From Macrostomum lignano (lineage: Eukaryota), in assembly GCA_002269645.1 (NCBI GenBank), contig NIVC01003104.1:1-44764 (forward strand): 44,764 nucleotides of DNA. The letters run 5' to 3'. Both the position numbers and the translations under genes were made by a program. The notes beneath the pieces were generated by a model that did not search any database, was not told the origin of the DNA, and saw only the letters and a list, made by a program, of their open reading frames with translations. The first letter of the stretch is position 1. Each line of letters starts with the position of its first letter. Shown here piece after piece: positions 10,780 to 41,727 of this stretch.

Positions 10780-11390
10780 AGGTAGGTCACTGAAGACCAG
10801 GAAGGATATTGAAAGGTCACTGAAGAGCAGGAAGGATATTGGAAGGTCACTATCGAGCAAGAAGGATATTGGAAGGTCACTGAAGAGCAGGAAGGATATT
10901 GAAAGGTCACTGAAAAGCAGGAAGGGTTTGGGTAGGTAACTGAAGATCACGAAGGATTTGGGTAGGTTACTGAAGATCAGGAAGGGTTTGGGTAGGTTAC
11001 TGAAGATCAGGAAGGATTTGGGTAGGTTACTGAAGATCAGGAAGGATTTAGGTAGATTACTGAAGATCAGGAAGGATTTGGGTAGGTTAAATGAAGATCA
11101 GGAAGGATTTGGGTAGGTTACTGAAGAGTAGGAAGGATTTGGGTAGGTTACTGAAGATCAGGAAGGATTTGGGTAGGTTACTGAAGAGTAGGAAGGATTT
11201 GGGTAGGTTACTGAAGATCAGGAAGGATTTGGGTAGGTTACTGAAGATCAGGAAGAATGTGGGTAGGTTACTGAAGATCAGGAAGAATGTGGGTAGGTTA
11301 CTGAAGATCGGGAAGAATGTGGGTAGGTTACTGAAGATCAGGAAGAATGTGGGTAGGTTACTGAAGATCAGGAAGAGGTTGGGGTAGCTC
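10780..11390. repeat. 30-bp minisatellite (GGGTAGGTTACTGAAGATCAGGAAGGATTT)
   Basis: Direct tandem array with gradual variant turnover. Confidence 0.95.
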
Positions 11391-11412
11391 ACTGAAGCTA
11401 TTAGCCATCTGT

Positions 11413-27251
<15,839 letters not shown>

Positions 27252-28544
27252 AATTGTAAGCGGTATGTTAATGCTCCAAAACTGTTGAATATGGATCAGT
27301 TATGGTCTAATATATGGCCGAAGTTTTCTTGCGTTGGCAATAACTATATGGCCTAAGCAAACATCTGGCCAAGTAATATTAACAGACAAAGTCAAGTCGC
27401 TAAGTAGATGACTCGACCGACTCCACACTGCTCTGTTCTCTGTTCTGTTCTTTTCGCTAATTTCTTGGCCAAGTTATAAGAACAATTATATGACCAGAAG
27501 ACCGACAGCAATGGGGGGGTTGTTTGTTCTCTTTTTCGGCGAAAGTTGCTGAGAACTCTCTCGAATGAGCAATCCCAATTCGAGTACCGAGTGAACTGAA
27601 GTAGAAAGTTAGGGAGAGGTTAAATTTAGCAAACACAGTGAGAATTTAAGTGAGCTAGCGGTCTTATTTGCTTCCTTTCAGTTTAATAAGCAGCTCCCGG
27701 TAAGAGAGAGGGAGGGAGAGCTCGTCTGTGATTGGCTGAGAGGTTAGCGCATAAAAATATGCATGCTATCACTTAATAAAAACGACTAATTACGAATGTA
27801 GCCAGGATCGATACACACTACTACTGACACCGTTACACCAGTAGTGCAGTTTGTATTTCGGAGAAAATTAATTAAAGAAATTAGACACTAGTAGTAGACA
27901 ACTATTAGTAGCAAGTATATGGGACTTTGGGCTCTGTTGCAATACAAGGTGACAGTGTCGAGCCACTCACTTAATAGTAATAATAACAAACACATTAAAT
28001 AGTACTATCACTACTACTACTACTACTACTACGCCACAGCAAAATATATTTCGTTCATTTCCACCGAACAAAATAATCGTGTCACACTTTAGCTTATCAA
28101 ATTTCGCTCCATCATAAAACAGCATCCGTCACTCCTGTGTACTGCCGGACATCAAGGAAGGCCAAGGGCGGCAGTTTTATCAGCCAGAATCTGCTTGATT
28201 GCTGTGGCATATAATACAGCAAATCTAATTAGCGCCCTCAGAGCCTTGGCCCTCCAGGACCGTGGCGAGTTGTCTCCCTCAGCCGCTGCGATAACATAGC
28301 CGCCGTGGCAGGCGGGGCCAGGTTCGGGTCTGGGAAATTTCTATCGACTGCAGTTCAGGAGAAAGGGAAAGGAAGGAAGAAAGGGGAGAAGGGGAGACGG
28401 AAATCTTGGAGAAGAAGGGGTGTTTGGAGACTGGGGATGAGGCCACTCCAGCTTCGTCCGGTCCAGGGACCTCTGAAATCTCATGGACTGCGTTCGAATT
28501 TTTCAGTTTTTATTATTCTAACTAAAGCTTCATACTGTAAGTTC

Positions 28545-29220
<676 letters not shown>

Positions 29221-30544
29221 AAAAAGCACAGTAAAATTCAGACTTTTTCCAGTCCAGAATGCGGTATGGCTTCAGCGGTCCATGGCCCGGACCTACTAGT
29301 CACCTTTTCGTGAGCACGCAGAGTGGCTTAGCCTCTTCGTTCGACTCGACGCTGTGTCCTCCATCTGTCCTCCCCCTTTCATGGACGGTCATGGTGCGTT
29401 GGGAGAAACTGACTCATCGATCCCTTGCAGCACGCCACGAGTTTAGAAAGATGACGCAACAACACGCAGCGATGTAACGAGAGAAAAAGATCTGGGAACA
29501 TGGAATTTTTAAGTAAATATGGAAATTTATTCGGCCGATGAAAACTCTCTACTTTGGAAACTCTACTGGCAGGAGAAAAACTTCGAAAAAATATTGATGA
29601 AATCGATTTTGAAATCTGGGTGAAACCTCTAGAAGTACAACAAATACAATATATTGCTTTTTCCAACATTACATAATTAATAAGGCTAGTCCCGTGTCGG
29701 ACTATAGCTTGTCTCACCCCGGTGGGAAAAAAATGGTCGCCGCGACGGCTTCTGTTTGTTGCGTTTACGACGGCGGAAACTCCGTTCGAGTGAACGCCGA
29801 GTTTCCGTCGCCACAACGGTCGCTGCGATGGCGGTCGGAAGACCCATTAGCGACTCTTATATGCGTACGATACTACTTGTATCGTGTAGTAGTGTAGATG
29901 GACCATGATATATCCCACGAATTTTTTTTTTCGGAATAAAAAAGAAACGAAATATAGATGCAGTCCTTTTCAACAAATAAACATTATGTTGCTATGGGAA
30001 ATGCTTTTTAGCATTATATTTATAGAATTACCTGATTATTCAGTTCCTGCTAGAGAAGAAAAAATTCACCCATAGACATACTTCAAAAAAGTACAATAAT
30101 ATCAAACTGTTGTTTATTAAGCATACACGAAGCGTACAAGAAAGCAATCGTTCACAATATTAAGTACAATAAAGTACAATAAGGTATAAATGGCCTATAG
30201 GGTCCATTGTACCCCACGGACAAATAAGCAGTCATCAATAGAAATATGGCGTGCATTAGCTAACTAATTTTCTGATTATGAACATTGAGCAACTACTCCA
30301 GATCAGAGCAGTACTCGAGTTCGAGCTCTTGCTCAACTCAGAGTTTGAGGTGAAACTTGCCAGTTATTGCTCACTTTATTCATACGGCCAAATGACTAAT
30401 TCAATGGGCTTTCTATGCACATAAAGTAATAACACTGTTATGTACAGAAGCTGCAATAATAGTCGATTTATGGGGTCAAAAAACTCATTATTTTTTAAAC
30501 GTTTGGGGTTTAGAGTAAAAGATCAGCTGTATCATTTAACATAT

Positions 30545-31440
30545 AAGGACACCTAATTTAGCGCCCCAAGGACATCTAGTTTGATCCCCTAAGGACACCT
30601 AATTTATCGCCCCAAGTACATCTAGTTTATCGCCCCAAGGACACCTAATTTAGCGCCCCAAGGACATCTAGTTTGATCCCCTAAGGACACCTAATTTATC
30701 GCCCCAAGTACATCTAGTTTAGCGTCCCAAGGACACCTAATTTATCGCCCCAAGGACACCTAATTTAGTGCCCCAAGGACATCTAGTTTAACGCCCCAAG
30801 GACACCTAATTTAGCGCCTCAAGGACATCTAGTTTAGCGTCCCAAGGACACCTAATTTATCGCCCCAAGGACACCTAATTTAGCGCCCCAAGGACATCTA
30901 GTTTAGCGTCCCAAGGACACCTAATTTATCGCCCCAAGGACACCTAGTTTAGCGTCCCAAGGACACCTAATTTATCGCCCCAAGGACACCTAGTTTAGCG
31001 TCCCAAGGACACCTAATTTATCGCCCCAAGAACACCTAGTTTAGCGTCCCAAGAACATCTAGTTTGACCCCCTAAGGACACCTAATTTATCGCCCCAAGG
31101 ACACCTAATTTAGCGCCCCAAGGACATCTAGTTTAGCGTCCCAAGGACACCTAATTTATCACCCCAAGGACACCTAATTTATCGCCCCAAAACATCTAGT
31201 TTGACCCCCTAAGGACACCTAATTTATCGCCCCAAGGACACCTAATTTAGCGCCTCAAGGACATCTAGTTTAGCGTCCCAAGGACACCTAATTTATCGCC
31301 CCAAGGACACCTAGTTTAGCGTCCCAAGGACACCTAATTTATCGCCCCAAGGACACCTAGTTTAGCGTCCCAAGGACACCTAATTTATCGCCCCAAGAAC
31401 ACCTAGTTTAGCGTCCCAAGTACATCTAGTTTGACCCCCA
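30545..31440. repeat. ~23-bp minisatellite (AAGGACACCTAATTTATCGCCCC variants) inside the transposon
   Basis: Direct tandem array. Confidence 0.95.
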
Positions 31441-32059
31441 CAGAGAATCGCTCGCTGTGAGAAGCGCCAATTGACAACTGCTTTCAGAAATTTTTCTTTG
31501 AGACTCACTGTATGAGAATCTCTTTCATGCGAGAATTGTCCCTTGCGAAGAACCTTGCAAAAATCGATTCGCAGAGACCCTAACCTGACGTTTTAATAAC
31601 TCAAATCTCCAATCCATAGGCGCGTATGGTAATTATAAAGCTTCCTCTCTGGCTCAATGGCCTCCATAAAATTTAGAAAATGCTGTGGAAAAATTTCGGC
31701 ATGCAGTTGGCTTTTGCGAATTTTCTTCTTGATGAATAGCTATTTGCATATGCCATTTTCTAACGCCCTATAAACACATTTTACAATCGGCTTTCGCGTG
31801 GCTATATCTGAGAATAAACATATTTTCAAGACAGCTAATTATGGAGGTGGGAACAGTAAAATGGGGCATCTTTGTGAGAAGGGCAACTGAACCACAAAAG
31901 GGAAATTCTTAGCTTACTATATGCACCTAAAAATGAGGCATAGAAATGAGATTTTGAGATTGGGGGATTTTTGCGTCACCGATTGTCGGGGGATTTTCCG
32001 GAGAATTCCCAGGGGGGCTTTGTTTTGACGGGAGGGTGATAGTTGTGCACATATGATGG

Positions 32060-35000
32060 TTAAGGCGATGGAGACTCGTCAGATAAGTCCTGCGAATCAG
32101 GATAGTGCCGCTTTCCGCTGCCCTGCTCGGGTGCACTTGGGCGCTTCTTCGCCTTCTTGCGCAGGTTGTCCCCCGCATGCTTAAGAGCCGAGATGACGTG
32201 TTTTTCTACATCTCGCTCAGATGGCCTCTCATGAGGCTTGTCGTCTTTGTACATCGTGGAAACGGCTCCTGGAATTGGATTGGTGGTTTTATTCTGTCAA
32301 ATTTATTCTACTCTATGCTCCATAGTCCCTACTTTAAGTAGACATTATTCACTTGAATTTGTCTAAATGTTTCATTCTGAACCAGTTTCATTGAAGAAAC
32401 TATACTATAAAATTAGGCAAAATGATTCTGATTCTAGATTTACAATTACACACTTTCGGATTTCTGTAAACTTACGCTTCAGAAGAGGAAGCAGTGTTGT
32501 CTGGAAGCCAAGGCTGTCATCTGTTCCCGCGCCGCCGGACCTCTCGGCCAAGCCTCGACCGCAATAGTTTAGCTGGGCCATCATTTCAGGGGTGATACAC
32601 TTTAGCAGCATCCGTCGGATGGTGCTCGCAACACTGTCACCCCGGCAGCGTGCCAGTTGCGTGCGCAGAACTTTCTGTGCCTCCTTATCTGATGCCAGCT
32701 TTAGATAGCCCGCCCACGAAGCAGCTGGTTGCCATTCAGCTTCGGGCAGCTCGATGATAGTGCCGCCAACAGTCGAGTTGCCCTGCCTGTTGAGGGCCGC
32801 CAGAATCTCCCGCTGCTGCTGTTGTATTGTTGCGTCTCGCTGCTCTTGGAGCTGCTGGCCGCGCAACACCAGCAACATCAGCTGCGAGATACCCTTCAGA
32901 CTCGCCAAGTCACCGAACTTGGCTGTTAAGTCCATCATCAGCCTGCGAGCGGCTTGGTTCTCCAGTTGTAGGCCCACGCTTTCCCTGTTGCGGCTCTGGG
33001 TGCTTGAGCTAGCAGCTGTGATAGCAGCAGCAGCAGCAGCAGCAGTGAAACTCTGGTCATGTTGAGGCCCTGGTGTCGATGTAGCCGTAGCGGTATCTGT
33101 TGGCTGAATAGAATAGGGGTGGGGGACAAATCATTACACTCATTACTCCGGATCTGCGAATACATTTATGTCATTTTCTTGTATAAAGCATATACACCTT
33201 ATACTTTCATAGTCTCGAATTCGTACTTAAAATTTAATGCGAACATAGCATAGCATTTATCAATCACAATTACTAATCTTGCACACTCATTTATTTATTA
33301 CTTTGAAGTTGCTGCTGTCGAGACTATAGTGACTAAAATGATGTGCAAAGATGACCAGGGGACCGGATTAACCTTTCCCAAGAATTAAACATGTCAATGT
33401 CAAGGCGCTCACTATAGTATAAATATACCGTACCCACGGCCAAGCGCCTGAGCGTTATAAATATTTTGTTGTACTTTTTATTTGCGACTCAGTTGTCATG
33501 ATTTACCATAGAAAATTTCCTTTTACAGTTCTTTCTCGCAGTTAAGTTTCTCGCTTCATATCTTCTCATCGTTTAACTCATAATATATATACTTGAATTC
33601 AGCCCAAGTTGACCTATAATTTCACTACAGCGTAAATCTAAAAATTGGTCTGCCATGACATTTTCATCGTCAGGTAGTGAGACACAAGGTGTGCTATGCT
33701 TACCCGCACCGAACGATGCAAATCCGACGGAGAAGCGGCTGCTGCTGAAGGTGAAGCTCGGTTCTGCATGGGTAGTAGTTGAGCCGCCTCCATACTCGGC
33801 TTAGGTACCACAGAAGCTCCATGTGGATGGCTCGCGGATGCTGCTGGCTGCCCGGAACCGACATCAGCCTCTGAATCCATCGTGCCATGATCCGATTGGA
33901 GTGCCTGCACAGATAGATCGCATAGTATGGGAATGGATTATATAGTTTATCCAGGTGTATGATTATTTCAAAGCCCGAAATTATCTCACGTTATGCTTAG
34001 ACTATAACGACGCAACAGTGAAGGGAAAGGCCCGAATTATACTCATTTTTCTAAGCTAGCAGAATTATATTTTACCTGATGGCTTGTGGATAACTCCGTT
34101 AAAGCAGCCCTTGGCCTTAGCTTAGAGTTTATTCTTAGAAACGTACAAACAAAAATAGGAGTAAAATCATTCTCCTTCCCTGTCCGCAACCGTTGTTTTT
34201 ACCCATAATCCGCTCATTCCTTTCCACTCTGCCCTCCGACCACTCCCACACTTCCATTTGTATTTCTAAGAACGAATTCTTTCTACTGCACTGCAAAAAG
34301 ACAGTCAAAAAGCTTTTTCGACGGCGTGATTTTTGGCTCCTGTTCTGATCGATAGACACCTGGTTTCTTAATAATTTAGTTTGGTAAATTATCTTTTACA
34401 TACCTGCACGGGCTTCAGCAGCAGCCGCTTCTTCACTCCGGGACAAATAACGCGTGGCGAAACCTGAAGGAACATTCGCTTCGGGCGAAAGTCTTTTTCA
34501 AGCCGGCACCTGCGGCAGTACTGTATGACTCTTGTAAGATCATACCCGTCATCAAGCGATACCTGAGAAGTAAGGATTGGGTGTAAATCTAAATTGTATG
34601 GTATAAGTCGTCCCCGACTCCATTTTATTTGTATGCATTATATAGATGAAGGTAGCAGGCTGCAGGTCTTGATAAAGTGCGGACGGTTTTTATATTTTAC
34701 GGAATACCTGCGGAATGGTGTAAAATATTTATGATGCGGACATTGTTTTGGCTCCAATGGCTTCCTCATCAAACGATGCAATATTTCCCCGCATTCAGCT
34801 ACATGCTATACCATCGTGGCCCTTGTTATATGCACTTTTCAATTTCCGAAAAATGTGCACTGCTCTATTTCCAGTAGTGTAGTCGGGCATAGGAATCATA
34901 ACAATCAAAGTGGAAAAACTGGTAGAAATTTCTGCTTCTTGACACGGTACGGTGGACTCAATTTAAACATTGTTATTGCCTAAAGAGTCTGTTGTGGCAG

Positions 35001-35353
35001 TAACAGGCTTTGAAAGCCCAGGAAAAGCAATTATATTAAGGAATTTATTCTATTCCGCATTCCGGTTCCGCAGTTTATAAAGAGCCGCAGGCTGCAGCTG
35101 ACCAAACAATAGAAATAAGATAAAAAAGTCAATATCATTTGCTTACCAATATAACTGTTGCTTCGTAGAAGGCGTCTCCGTAGATGGCGCTGCAACGGAT
35201 CCGCTCCGTCTCATGATCATCACTTTGAGCAAAGCCTATCCAGTCATTGTGACTGTCAAACGTAGCGAATCGCCCTTGAAGCCTTATTTGTTCAAAAGGT
35301 ACTTCAACTACTTCCAGGTCGCAACTAAAAATTACTACGAAGCGCATTGCCAT
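32060..35353 (-). CDS. Five-exon, 467-aa DUF4806-like transposon accessory protein
   Basis: Exons 35353-35147, 34562-34404, 33904-33704, 33103-32476, 32268-32060; all GT-AG and phase-compatible (1404 nt, no internal stop). N-terminus MRFVVIFSCDLEVVEVP. C-terminal LARCRGDSVASTIRRMLLKCITPEMMAQLNYCGRG..LGFQTTLL and DVEKHVISALKHAGD resemble DUF4806 proteins (from memory, not searched). Confidence 0.75.
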
Positions 35354-35594
35354 ATACGAGCGTACTAGAGCTGAGAGATAACTACAGAAACGATCAGATA
35401 GATATGTCAGATGCTCATAGGAATTGTTCTACGAAGTGAATAGTATCTGACTCAGAAAGTCGTAGTCTGTTCTTAAATGCCACTTAATTCTTTTGTGAAC
35501 CAATGAGAAAGCTACTGCTCTTTTTATCCTCTCTCTCGTTTGCATTCTTTTAGTCCTCATGTTCAGCGACAGCCAATGGGAGATCTTAGTGCAT

Positions 35595-35604
<10 letters not shown>

Positions 35605-35639
<35 letters not shown>

Positions 35640-35968
35640 TCTGTCTTCGTCTGTTTGATTAGACTTCAGGTTTCTATATTATTGCCTATATTTTAGAGAA
35701 GGGGACAGAATATAGAATTTTGCACCCAGTTTATAATTGTGTCTCTGTCTCTCTGTGGGGCTCTGGGGGCTTCCCCTACTTTTCCTCTCCTCTCCTTTAC
35801 CCCTTTCTCTCCCTGTCTCTCTCTCCCTCCCTCTCTCACCCTCTCACAGTCTTCCTCTCAGTCTCACTCACTTTATCTCCTCCTCTCCGTCTCTCCCTCA
35901 TCCCTATCTCTCTCTCCCTCTGTATGTGTCTCTGTCTCTTCTCTCTGTCCCCTCTCTTTTCTCTCTCC

Positions 35969-36010
<42 letters not shown>

Positions 36011-36041
36011 TGTATGTGTCTCTGTCTCTTCTCTCTGTCCC

Positions 36042-36134
<93 letters not shown>

Positions 36135-36205
36135 GTCTATCCCTCATCCTCTCTCTCCCTCTGTGTGTCTGTCTCTCTCTTCCCACCTCTCTCTCTCTTT
36201 CTCTC
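35605..36205. repeat. (CT)n and CT-rich low-complexity tract
   Basis: Direct inspection. Confidence 0.95.
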
Positions 36206-38468
36206 TGTTATCTTGCCTATGAGATACATTGTGATGGTGGGTAGGAGGGTATGCTGTGCTATGTGGCGCCACTCTGTCTGTAACGATGAGACTTTATCGG
36301 TACACCCACATTCCGGCTGGCCATGAATATGGAACTGAGTGTTCGCAAAAAGGCCCTCAAACCCCCACTACCCCTATCTTTTACATTTCTAAGTTTGAAA
36401 ATCGGAAATGAAGAGCGTGGGAAAATTACTTGAATTGGCTTAGAATGTTAAGATTTAGTATATTTGGATTGCTCTTTGTTTGCCGGGGCTTCAGCACACA
36501 CCCTCCATCTTGCACCCTGCCTTTTCCGGATCCACCAAAATACGCAACAGACTGAGTGTTGTGATCTGTACCCTGGCCCCTCCCCTTCCTTTGATGCAGG
36601 CTCCTGCTTGATTTCCCTGCTTGATTAGTTGCTAAAATGCTATTGCTAAAATTTGTGATTCAAAGGTAACGATAAAAATAAATTCTAAAAAAAACATTTG
36701 TATTTGTATTTACTAATACAGCTTTACAGCTATTTGTATTCATTTCTCCGCCTTCGAGTATCTGGAAAGCTGATTAGGCTAGAGATCCGATTCTTTCTGC
36801 AAAAGACACCGACTGGGGTGCTCTAATTATCTGTAGAGTCTCATATCTGAATCTACAGATACAGCTTGGCAGTTGCTGATTGATTTTTTTGGCTTTCCCT
36901 ATTAAAATACATTAGAATTTCTAGGAATCTCCGCTTTTGATCTATGACATCGACAATTAGAGCGCGCCATTGAATTTCTCGTAAAATTGTGATTGAATGC
37001 TAATGCAAATAAAGTAATTTTAATTCAGCTCATATTTAATTTAAATAACTTAATTTCAAAGCAAACGTTCTTCCTATTTGTCGTGTAATTTGCGGCCGCT
37101 TTGAGGCTTTGTCATTGGAGGATTCATCATGCGGCGGGGATGAGGTGGGGAACAGTTAAGGGGTGTGGGGAACGAATAAAATTAATGAGCTATGTTAGAC
37201 TGTGTTAGATTTCCCGCGGGGATCTAATCAGACCAATAAGTCGACATCACAGACCAATGAGTGTTCTGTAAATCTAAAAGATTGCTTGCTTCTTCCCGTG
37301 GCCCCAAGTGTTACTTGCATACATTCGTATTGGTGCAGTGAAGTAAAGGTCTTACAAAGCTGTTTGCTCATAGAGTAGTGTCCTATGCCCTACTTATAGT
37401 AGGCACAAGACAACACGTTTAAACTTCGGAAGACTAATAATGCATTATAATGTACAACAAAATTCCAAGTCTGATTTTTACACGATGAAGAAGTCGATAT
37501 TTCAACACCCTTGATTAAACCAGGACTCAAATTTCCCTATTTGCATCCCAGCTGCATAGCAACATATTTTCCCTTGGATACCATTGTTTCTATCACCTCA
37601 GCTGTTCCCATTAAGGATTATGATGTCCCAGATTGCACATTAAAGCGAACTGACTACATTTTAAGCAAAGAAACGTATTCGTTATGCCATAATCGGCAAA
37701 ATGCAATCAATAGATTTATCCATGACAAAGATCAATATCCTTAGTCAAGCATTTGATTAACGAGTTCAAAATTTTAACAGCAGACAAGACGTTAAATTTC
37801 TATGCAACACTTTAAAATTTGCACTTTAAACAGCCAGTGCAGAAATAGTCGTATACAAGAAAAAATAATTTGTTACTATGCGGTTGGACTGCTAGGGTAA
37901 CAAATTCACAAGGAGTCTGTTCGCCTGCAAGCCAAAATTAAATAAGGTTGGGGACTTTAGAGGTTTAATTTGGCCTAGACCGTTGTATTAAGAAGATACC
38001 TATTAGTAGGTAAAACATCATGAAATGAAATGACATAAAATGACCATTTATCTAAAAAGTACCGATTCCAAAGCTCTATAAGTCTTTGAAGGCGACTCAA
38101 GTTACGCTTTTATAAGCCATATAAAATTTATTTGCCTGAGAAAGGCTAATGCGCAGTTCATACTACTGAGTAGTATTCTGCATACATGTGGGTCGCCAAT
38201 TAGGCTAACAGTCGAGTGCTTGGCGACCCGGAGGTTAGCCGACCCATTTTAGTACGCGGGCGCGACCAGGCGCATAACCTCTGATCAAGCGACCCTTTGG
38301 CGACCATGTCAAATTATTGATATTTCACTTCCTTAACCCCGAACTAACCTCAAACAGCCCGTTTTGAGTCATTTGGAGTACATTAGTAGCAGAAAAAAAA
38401 TTCGACCCGAAATACGACGGACAGCCGTCGCAACTCCGTCGCCGCGACCATTTTTTTCCCATCGGGAC

Positions 38469-38815
38469 TCTACCCTACCTGTCTCCCTCTACCCTCCCCA
38501 GTCTCCCTCTACCCTCCCCAGTCTCCTTCTACCCTCCCAGTCTCCATCTACCCTTCCTGTCTCCCTCTGTCCTCCCTGTCTCCCTCTACCCTACCTTCTC
38601 CCTCTATCCTTCCTGTCTCCCTCTACCCTTCCTGTCTCGCTCTACCCTCCCCAGTCTCCCTCTACCCTCCGTCTCCCTCTACCCTCCCTGTCTCCCTCTA
38701 CCCTTCCTGTCTCCCTCTAACCTACCTGTCTCCCTCTATCCTCCCCAGTCTCCCTCTATCCTCCCTGTCTCCCTCTATCCTCCCCAGTCTCCCTCTATCC
38801 TCCCTGTCTCCCTCT
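38469..38815. repeat. CT-rich minisatellite (CTACCCTCCCCAGTCTCCCT variants)
   Basis: Tandem array immediately right of the transposon TSD. Confidence 0.85.
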
Positions 38816-39334
38816 AGGGATATCGTCATCTACCCTTTCTGTCCACATTCACTCTCTCTGTCTCCGTCTAACCTATGTCTACAATCCACCTGTCCAATCT
38901 TTCTTTAATCAAGATTCAATAAGAAACCCGGAAACCATCATTGATTCCACCGTTCTTCTCTTTAAACTTTTTTATTTCTTCTGGTCAACAGAATATTCCT
39001 TGTCAGTGCTCTGCCTCCGAGTGGCTGCGAAGGTCTCACGGCGTTGCATAATACCGCCAATCAGAGGCACTCACGGGCTCCCACTTGCAGTGTCAATCAG
39101 CTGTCGATTTTTTGCCAAACTCAACCTCCGGGCGATTTCGTCAAAATTTGAAGATTGCACCAAAGCAGCTCCCAGTAAATTATTGCCCGAGGAGATTCTC
39201 GTAATCTCTGCAGCTGAAAGATTATTGGTCCTTGAATTATTTAGCTAACGGCTTAAGCCGTCAGGATTCGAAGTCCTATGGCTATATACAGCCTCCCGGC
39301 AATTTTAAACATGACGTCATATCTATCTAACTGC

Positions 39335-40026
<692 letters not shown>

Positions 40027-40624
40027 CTTATGGCTGCCTTCAATGCAGCGATTTTAGCGATATCCCATATTCAGAGAGATGCATGCAGATCTGCGTTACC
40101 CTGTACTATATCAAGGCGCCATCAGTTGATCCAGTTTTTGAACTACGAACTTCTTTTTTTCGCGGCAGAAGTTTGTGTCAATCTTGTAGAAAAGCAATAA
40201 TAATATTCAGTTTCACAGATATTCTGACGCAAGTGATGCAGCAACGTAGATATTTGGGAAAGTACCGATAGAGAGCGGGAATAGCAAAGGTACTTCCTTC
40301 TTCAAGTCATTAATTTTGGATTCTCTGCAAATGCATTTCACTTAGCTTGAAGTTGGTTCAAATGAACACTTTGAAGCAGTCAGTTCTTCAGAATTTGGCT
40401 GTGCCGTTCTGGGTAACTCTGCATTGACCAAGAAGGAGTATCAACAGGAATTGCTTGTCTCTTACTTGCTAACACATGGGGAAGAGATTAATACTGAGCT
40501 TAATAATTCACATGCACCCGGTCACTTGCCAGCCATACTGCCAGCAGCAGCTGCAGCTGTTACTAAAATGAGCATTTTGTTCGCCGTTCTTGAATCAACT
40601 ATAAGACACTGTGCTGTGGACTCA

Positions 40625-41345
40625 GTTCTGTAATCCCGTTACTGTCTAATCTGGTAATACCGTTTCTGTCTAATCTGGTAATACAGTTTCTGTGTAATCT
40701 GGTAATACCGTTTCTGTCTAATCTGGTAATCAAGTTTCTGTCTAATCTGGTAATACCGTTTCTGTCTAATCTGGTAATCAAGTTTCTGTCTAATCTGGTA
40801 ATACCGTTACTGTCTAATCTGGTAATACAGTTTCTGTCTAATCTGGTAATTACCGTTTCTGTCTAATCTGGTAATACCGTTACTGTCTAATCTGGTAATT
40901 ACCGTTTCTGTCTAATCTGGTAATTACCGTTTCTGTCTAATCTGGTAATTACCGTTTCTGTCTAATCTGGTAATACAGTTTCTGTCTAATCTGGTAATTA
41001 CCGTTTCTGTCTAATCTGGTAATACCGTTTCTGTCTAATCTGGTAATACCGTTTCTGTCTAATCTGGTTATCAAGTTTCTGTCTAATCTGGTAATACCGT
41101 TTCTGTCTAATCTGGTTATCAAGTTTCTGCCTAATCTGGTATTTTGGTAATACCGTTTCTGTCTAATCTGGTAATTACCGTTTCTGTCTAATCTGGTAAT
41201 ACCGTTTCTGTCTAATCTGGTAATACCGTTTCTGTCTAATCTGGTTATCAAGTTTCTGTCTAATCTGGTAATACCGTTTCTGTCTAATCTGGTTATCAAG
41301 TTTCTGCCTAATCTGGTATTTTGGTAATACCGTTTCTGTCTAATC
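40625..41345. repeat. 24-bp minisatellite (GTTTCTGTCTAATCTGGTAATACC)
   Basis: Direct tandem array; it explains the ITRLDRNG ORFs. Confidence 0.95.
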
Positions 41346-41476
41346 TGGTAATCAAGTTTCTGTCTAATTTTGTCGACCCCAAATTTTTTCCAATCTCCGA
41401 ATCCGTTTTCAAAAACTTTGACTAAGTCGGACGAATTGCAATGCTCGGCAAGATTATGTGATGGATATTTTTACAT

Positions 41477-41727
41477 CAGGGGGCCGACACCAGCGGGCCA
41501 CATGCGGTCCGCGAAGCCTCTCTATCCGACCCTCGGGTCCTTTGAAACTTCACAATAGTAATCCGGCCAACTTAAGGTTTGTGTCCCTTCTCAGTTCTTT
41601 CCTCTCCTCACATCTCTCTTCTCCTCTTATCTCTCCTCTCTCATCTTTCTTGTCCTATCCTCTCTCTCATCTATTCTTTTACCGCATCTCTATCTGGGCC
41701 CCGAGGTAAAAAGTTTGCGGACCCCTG
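41477..41727. mobile_element. Degenerate hAT-like MITE, ~250 bp
   Basis: Ends CAGGGGCCGAC...GGGCCACATGCGGTCCGCG and AAAAAGTTTGCGGACCCCTG resemble hAT MITE termini. The 8-bp flanks ttttacat/ctttagac match only 5/8. Confidence 0.5.

Larger units (their letters stand above)
29718..38466. mobile_element. 8,749-bp DNA transposon, CMC/EnSpm(CACTA)-like, apparently non-autonomous
   Basis: 31-bp TIRs CCCG(G/A)TGGGAAAAAAATGGTCGC(C/G)GCGACGG at 29718-29748 and 38436-38466 (29/31 identical). 2-bp TSD AC (29716-17, 38467-68). Subterminal CGACGG/CCGTCG motifs at both ends. The superfamily assignment is inference. Confidence 0.75.

Noticed and set aside
10560-10790. Possible extra 3' myosin exon (Dachs C-terminal SH3-like region)
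   Set aside because: No frame gave a recognisable match.
29379-29897. ORFs spanning the left transposon end
   Set aside because: They cross the TIR/TSD junction and have no motif; chance ORFs.
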